A DNA stretch of 64,000 nucleotides from a virus: IMG/VR virus record IMGVR_UViG_3300042453_003743, positions 1 to 64,000 of that record; one strand, written 5' to 3'. Below, one piece after another: positions 59,402-64,000 of the stretch. The first letter of the stretch is position 1; every line of letters begins with the position of its first letter. The notes below the pieces were generated by a model. The model ran no database searches, was not told where the DNA came from, and saw nothing but the letters and a program-made list of their open reading frames with translations. Made by a program: the position numbers and the translations under genes.

Positions 59402-60064
59402 ATGGAAATTTTAAAACAAATAAACTCATTTTTACCAAAATATAAAACTACCTTGCCTTTTTGTAAAAAAGAAGTAATTTTTGTGCCTTTTAGAGTAAAA
59501 GATGCAAAAAATATAGCTACAATTTTACAAGAACAAAACAGACATCTTGCTTTTATAGCAATGATTGATATTGTTAAAAGGAACTGCGAAAATATAAATC
59601 CAAATGATTTGTGTCTAGCGGACGCAGAATATCTTTTTTTACAAATAAGATCAAAGAGTGTTGATGAAACTTTAAATCTTATTTACAATAAAGAAAAAAT
59701 TCAAGTTAACATATCCGAGATAAAACCAATAAATGAAATACAAGAACAACAAATAAACATAGGAAACGACATTTCTATTGTTGTAAAAACACCAACTATA
59801 AAAAATTTGTTAAAATTAAAAAATACAGAAAAAGAAGATTTTATAAAAGCATCAATTAAGAATGTAATATTAAAAAATGAAATATACGATTGTTCAAAGT
59901 TTGTGCCAGAAGAATTAAAAGAAATACTAGCAAATCTCCCCCTATCGATTATAACAAAATTGGATGATTTTTTGAAAAAAGAACCACAGTTAAAATTGGA
60001 AGTTAATACATCGGAGGGAAAAAAGGAGGCATCTGGATTACTAAATTTTTTTACTTATCGGTAA
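59402..60064 (+). CDS. gp26: Baseplate hub/tail assembly chaperone gp26
   Basis: 'LPKY...LP....V.F.PF.VK..K', 'D.EYLFLQIRSKSV.E', ends 'GLLNFF'. Confidence 0.8.
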   Translation: MEILKQINSFLPKYKTTLPFCKKEVIFVPFRVKDAKNIATILQEQNRHLAFIAMIDIVKRNCENINPNDLCLADAEYLFLQIRSKSVDETLNLIYNKEKIQVNISEIKPINEIQEQQINIGNDISIVVKTPTIKNLLKLKNTEKEDFIKASIKNVILKNEIYDCSKFVPEELKEILANLPLSIITKLDDFLKKEPQLKLEVNTSEGKKEASGLLNFFTYR

Positions 60065-60105
60065 AGTTTTTTGATCTAGCTGATTATTTTTCTACAAACT
60101 TTACC

Positions 60106-60261
60106 ATGATGTACAAATATAATTGGTCGTTGAATGAAATAGAATCTATGTGCCCATGGGAAAGAGAAATTTACTTAAACTTAATAGTAACAAACGAAGA
60201 AAAAAAGAAACAGTATGAAATGGAACAAGCAATGTTAAGAGGAGGTATGCCCAATGGATGA
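60106..60261 (+). CDS. gp51: gp51-like baseplate hub assembly protein, 51 aa (not in ORF track); frame open from 60046
   Basis: Manual translation MMYKYNWSLNEIESMCPWEREIYLNLIVTNEEKKKQYEMEQAMLRGGMPNG*; '.SL.E.E.M.PWER.IY' signature. Confidence 0.8.
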   Translation: MMYKYNWSLNEIESMCPWEREIYLNLIVTNEEKKKQYEMEQAMLRGGMPNG

Positions 60262-60820
60262 AGAAAATATATCAATGGATTTTGAGGCAGAAAAACAACT
60301 GATGTCTCCTATAATCCAATTCAATGAATCCGATGAGGTTGAAGCTCTTCAAAATCCAATGTTTGAAACTCCATTACCAGAACCAATCTTGATAAAAAGT
60401 AATGATATTGAGTTAAATTCAGAGCCTATTATAAATTCTTTTTCAGATCAAAATCAAACAGCACAAAATAGTCTATTACCAGAACCAGAATTTATTGCAG
60501 AAACAATGCAGATACAGCTGCCTGAAGCAGAGTACATAGTTCCAACCAAAACAACAGATTCATTTTCAACGCAACAGGTTCAGTCACAGTTTTCTAAAAC
60601 TATGCAGTCTTCGACAGTAAATAACGATCTGGATATTGTTTACCAAAAAACCAAAACGCTAGAAGCGGAGATAATTGATATCCAAAATGCAAATATCAAA
60701 GATGGTTGGTTGCAAACAAATGAAAAGGATAGGTTCGAAGAAAGGCCAACAGTAGAACCCAATAATCTTGTTTTTGAACAAAGAAAAATGAGGATGTCAA
60801 CTTTGCCCGAATGGGCATAA
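60254..60820 (+). CDS. Acidic hypothetical protein, 188 aa
   Basis: GGAGG SD; last gene before the bidirectional terminator. Confidence 0.7.
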   Translation: MDEENISMDFEAEKQLMSPIIQFNESDEVEALQNPMFETPLPEPILIKSNDIELNSEPIINSFSDQNQTAQNSLLPEPEFIAETMQIQLPEAEYIVPTKTTDSFSTQQVQSQFSKTMQSSTVNNDLDIVYQKTKTLEAEIIDIQNANIKDGWLQTNEKDRFEERPTVEPNNLVFEQRKMRMSTLPEWA

Positions 60821-60845
60821 AAAAAGCCCCTTTCGGGGCTTTTTC
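60819..60845. terminator. Bidirectional rho-independent terminator
   Basis: AAAAAGCCCC-TTTC-GGGGCTTTTT between convergent genes. Confidence 0.9.
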
Positions 60846-61701
60846 AATCTTTATCCATTTCTGAGAAATACTGCAGTGGATCTTTATCCTCTACATCCTC
60901 AACAACAGAAGTTTCCTCAACATCATCTTCAATGCTCTTGCTTTCGGTAAATTGTGCACGAATGTCGTCCCCAACAGACTTCTTGAAACGAGCATTGAGT
61001 TCGTCAAAACTCTTAAACTGACTCTTATCAACAAAGGGCTTGAGGGGATATTGCTTCTTCCAAATTTCCTCAAGTTTTTTATCATCCCCACCAAATAGAG
61101 GTGCTGGAGAAGAAAATTCGCTGCGGTCGTAATTTACATAACCACCAACATTTCGAATTTTAATTTTAAAATCTGCCCCAGACCAAAAATTAAATGGATC
61201 CACGGCGACTTCGTCCTGAAACTCTGGATGCGCTAGGCTTTGAATTTTTTGAAAGATTTTTGTTCCGTATTGATAAAGAAAAACTTTTCCCTTGTTTTCC
61301 GGATTTGCTGGGTCTTCGATGACCAAGATATTTGAAATATAGGTTAGCTTGCGCTTACGTTGACGTGCAACGTTTTTATCATCTTCAATTCCACTATTCC
61401 AAAGTTCAGTATTTGCCGAACAGACCGGACATTTTTCACCAATAGTGGTAGGACAATTTTCATAAAACCATCCACCCTTACCTTTAAATGTGTGGCTATA
61501 GACGGCGACAAACGGACTATCTTCTCCGGCAATTTCAGGAAGAAAACGGATAACAGCATATCCATTTCCAGCCTTATCAATACCTGGCTTCCACAGCCTC
61601 TCGTCTTTATACCCCTCTTTAGAGGTCATCTTATCAAGACGCTCGGTGAGTGCTGCGACTGAATTCTTACTCTTCTTTTTAAAATCTGAAAAATTTCCCA
61701 T
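60844..61701 (-). CDS. gp32: Single-stranded DNA-binding protein gp32; start reassigned to 61701
   Basis: 'DER.WKP..DKAGNGYAVIRFLP', 'H.F', 'ENCPTT.G..CPVC', 'RKL.YISNI.V..DPA.PEN.GKVF', acidic tail. Confidence 0.97.
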   Translation of the reverse strand: MGNFSDFKKKSKNSVAALTERLDKMTSKEGYKDERLWKPGIDKAGNGYAVIRFLPEIAGEDSPFVAVYSHTFKGKGGWFYENCPTTIGEKCPVCSANTELWNSGIEDDKNVARQRKRKLTYISNILVIEDPANPENKGKVFLYQYGTKIFQKIQSLAHPEFQDEVAVDPFNFWSGADFKIKIRNVGGYVNYDRSEFSSPAPLFGGDDKKLEEIWKKQYPLKPFVDKSQFKSFDELNARFKKSVGDDIRAQFTESKSIEDDVEETSVVEDVEDKDPLQYFSEMDKD

Positions 61702-61743
61702 GTGTTTCTTTCCCCAAGGAACTACCTTGGCCTTTGTTAAAGT

Positions 61744-61771
61744 ATTATAGTAGCAATCATTCAAAAGGCAA
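61744..61771 (-). promoter_or_regulatory. Sigma70-like promoter TTGCCT-N16-TATAAT for gp32
   Basis: Perfect -10 upstream of a structured leader. Confidence 0.6.
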
Positions 61772-61990
61772 ACGTTTTATTTTTCTTTTTTTGATAAAGT
61801 GCAAAGTTATTGCTTCTGCTTCAATTTTTTCTATTAACGGCTTGGTTAGCAATTTTCCAGCAGCATTCGGTTCAATATTCATCTCTTCTGCAAGTTCTAA
61901 AACACAATCCATAAAAGGTAGTTTTGTAGATTTTACTCTCTCTATTACCTTAGTAGAAAATTTTTCTTTTGCAGAATCATCTATGTACAT
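61757..61990 (-). CDS. gp33: Late transcription coactivator gp33; start reassigned to 61990
   Basis: 'FS..V...V......MD.V....E...IE....KL....L.EKI..EA..L......LP'; adjacent to gp32. Confidence 0.85.
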   Translation of the reverse strand: MYIDDSAKEKFSTKVIERVKSTKLPFMDCVLELAEEMNIEPNAAGKLLTKPLIEKIEAEAITLHFIKKRKIKRLPFE

Positions 61991-61995
61991 GCTAT

Positions 61996-62023
61996 ATTGT
62001 ATCCCATAATCCCCAAAAAGCAA
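61996..62023 (-). promoter_or_regulatory. Sigma70-like promoter TTGCTT-N16-TACAAT for gp33
   Basis: -10 is 5 nt upstream of ATG 61990. Confidence 0.6.
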
Positions 62024-62035
62024 TAATAAAAAGTA

Positions 62036-62043
62036 TCTAAATA
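62036..62043 (+). promoter_or_regulatory. Late promoter TCTAAATA
   Basis: Upstream of a structural gene, with GAGGA SD. Confidence 0.6.
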
Positions 62044-62067
62044 TTCTAGAACTATTTAGAGGATAAA

Positions 62068-63051
62068 ATGCCATCAGACAATGACCCCAATCTTGTTATA
62101 GAAACATCAGGTTTTACAGCCGCAGTTGCTACAGATTCTGTAATTTTTTCAGGAACTACTGCTCATTTTCAATTAATTAAACTTGCATATGGTGTAACTG
62201 GCTCTGCAACTGTTGTTTCATCCTCCAACCCACTTCCCGTAAGCGTTGCTGCTGGTATGACAGCCACCATATCCGGCTTCACTGGAACGCTGGCTGTAGA
62301 AGGTGTGATCGGTGGTGAACCCCTTCCAGTAACTGGAACTGTAATAGCAACTGGCGTTACAGCTTCTCCACTTTATGTGTCTCATGTCTCTGGTTCTCCA
62401 GTTGAAGTTACTGGTGGCAGACAATTATCAAAAACAACAGACGCTATCTCTGTATTTGGTCCAGCTGGAAACACATGGATTTACACCAATTTGGTAAATT
62501 CATCAGGTACACAACTCGGAAATACAGCAAATCCGTTGATTGTCCAATTGAGTGGCGCAACAATAAGTGCAACTTTAAGCTCTACCGTTGGAGTCACAAA
62601 TGATAGCGCAACCAGCGGCTTAAGAGTTCAAGGTCTTTCGGGTGGAACCTCTTTAGCGGTTACTGTTGGCAACACAGTTGGAATAAATGATACGGCAATT
62701 TTAAGCTCTTTGAGTGGAATTTCTGCACAACTCAATACATTAAATACCAATCTTTCAACTTTGGGAATTTCAGTCCCATCTACATTTAAAACCGGAAGAG
62801 TGAGTGTAACTTCATCTGCTGTTATTCAAATGGATTCTGTAGGATTTACTTGCGAAAATGGGGTAACTGTGAAGTCTATAAATGCAAATACTAATTTAGT
62901 GTATATGGGAAATACATCTGGATTGGTTGGAAGCTCTTTTGGTTACTCTCTATATGAAGGTGATGAAATTTTCTTAAAATTAAATAATACAAATAAAGTT
63001 TATTTAATATCTTCATCCGGAACACAAATTGTAACATACGCAGCATCATAA
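62068..63051 (+). CDS. Virion structural/fibre-like protein, 327 aa
   Basis: Ser/Thr/Gly-rich beta repeats; C-terminal 'GV.VK....NT..VY.G......GY.L..G..IFL...N...VY' domain. Confidence 0.65.
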   Translation: MPSDNDPNLVIETSGFTAAVATDSVIFSGTTAHFQLIKLAYGVTGSATVVSSSNPLPVSVAAGMTATISGFTGTLAVEGVIGGEPLPVTGTVIATGVTASPLYVSHVSGSPVEVTGGRQLSKTTDAISVFGPAGNTWIYTNLVNSSGTQLGNTANPLIVQLSGATISATLSSTVGVTNDSATSGLRVQGLSGGTSLAVTVGNTVGINDTAILSSLSGISAQLNTLNTNLSTLGISVPSTFKTGRVSVTSSAVIQMDSVGFTCENGVTVKSINANTNLVYMGNTSGLVGSSFGYSLYEGDEIFLKLNNTNKVYLISSSGTQIVTYAAS

Positions 63052-63052
63052 A

Positions 63053-64000
63053 ATGGGATCGTCTTCTTTAAATCAAGTAAGAACCTTATCAAATTATGGT
63101 TTTTATGTATCTGGAAATACTGTAGACCCAATTTTTTCTTTAGGAAAAATTGACACTAAACCAAATGTATCTATCCAAGGATCGTGTTTGTATATTGATT
63201 ATACACACACAACAAACATGTCAGATCTTGTTTACCTTGTTAAAACTTTTAAATCATTTACAGCTGGAGTCACATTTTATGTGCCCCCAGTTCAATATTA
63301 TGATGGATATAACAATATTCAAACTACAATTGGTGGTACTGCCTATTTTACAAAACTTATAGGCGGAAATAAAATTATACTTGGAAACATTATTAGTGGA
63401 TTTACTTCACCTACAAATTACACATTTTTTGATAAACAAAATTTTATTAAAAATATAGAATATAATTTTTCATCGACACAATCTTTGACTGGATACTTTT
63501 TAGTAAATTCCATACCGGGAACCAGCTCAACAAAATTTAAAAATTTAGGTATAATAGGTAGCAGATTTGGATTCGAAGAATACTTGTCCTTTGAGAGTGG
63601 TGGTACTGCTGAAAATTTAGAAAGAATACCAATTGATTGTTATGCTGAATTTAAAGATGGAAGAGAGGCAATATATTTTGAAACAGGGGGCACTGCTCAA
63701 AATTTAATTGAAACATTTTCTCAAATTGGGTTATATATTAGAGGGGACCCAGATTTAATTACAGCACCAAAATCTTCCACCATTCCTGTTGTATTAATAG
63801 TAAAAACAACGTCTACTGCTTCTTTAGTTGCCTGCTATGAAAATCAAAATTTAAATCAAGCATTATTAAGAAAAAATTATTTTGATACTTCAAATACAAC
63901 ACCTTTTTATGCAATAATAGACAATTGCAGTACATGTATCGACGCAAATTATTTCGATCCAGCGCAGGGTACAAAAAGTGATATTGGGGAATTTTTTAAT
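63053..64000 (+). CDS. Hypothetical virion protein, partial (runs off the window)
   Basis: Manual translation MGSSSLNQVRTLSNYGFYVSGNTVDPIFSLGKI... open to 64000; starts 1 nt after the upstream stop. Confidence 0.75.
   Translation, partial: MGSSSLNQVRTLSNYGFYVSGNTVDPIFSLGKIDTKPNVSIQGSCLYIDYTHTTNMSDLVYLVKTFKSFTAGVTFYVPPVQYYDGYNNIQTTIGGTAYFTKLIGGNKIILGNIISGFTSPTNYTFFDKQNFIKNIEYNFSSTQSLTGYFLVNSIPGTSSTKFKNLGIIGSRFGFEEYLSFESGGTAENLERIPIDCYAEFKDGREAIYFETGGTAQNLIETFSQIGLYIRGDPDLITAPKSSTIPVVLIVKTTSTASLVACYENQNLNQALLRKNYFDTSNTTPFYAIIDNCSTCIDANYFDPAQGTKSDIGEFFN

Noticed and set aside
61702-62074. Longer N-termini for gp32 and gp33 given by the ORF track
   Set aside because: Extensions cover promoter and leader sequence; family similarity starts at 61701 and 61990
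63150-63362. 70-aa ORF in the track
   Set aside because: Lies out of frame inside the longer ORF starting at 63053
1-64000. Stop-codon reassignment
   Set aside because: Core genes are full length and tightly packed in the standard code; the gp14 TAA is an isolated case

Overview
The window is a 64 kb segment of a lytic T4-like (large myovirus) phage genome in the standard genetic code. From left to right it holds: a long tail-fibre/collagen-fibre operon (1-16.7 kb, minus); a TPR-glycosyltransferase; the regA-gp62-gp44-gp45 and gp46-gp47-gp55 replication/transcription block; an AT-rich 10-gene glycosyl/methyltransferase island; an inverted uvsY-uvsW cassette; the head, neck, tail and baseplate module (gp3, 23, 22, 21, 20, 19x2, 18, 17, 16, 15, 14, 13, 7-like, 6, 25, hub, 53, 48; then 4, 54, 26, 51 on plus); gp32, gp33 and further virion genes. 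No tRNA, rRNA, CRISPR array, integrase or transposase was seen. Highlights: (1) neck gene gp14 appears interrupted by an RCC1-propeller plus trypsin-like protease cassette behind a single in-frame TAA; (2) a slippery -1 frameshift signal joins gp26 to gp51, like lambda G/GT; (3) a candidate virion-glycosylation system (TPR-GT2, the GT island and a recurrent G-x-T motif in virion proteins); (4) a 2467-aa Gly-X-Gln collagen with a periodic G(F/Y)DGRRG motif; (5) many apparently leaderless transcripts and 16-bp-spacer promoters; (6) a dockerin-like motif hinting at a Phycisphaerae (Planctomycetota) host. All assignments come from motif recognition and synteny by eye; no database searches were run.
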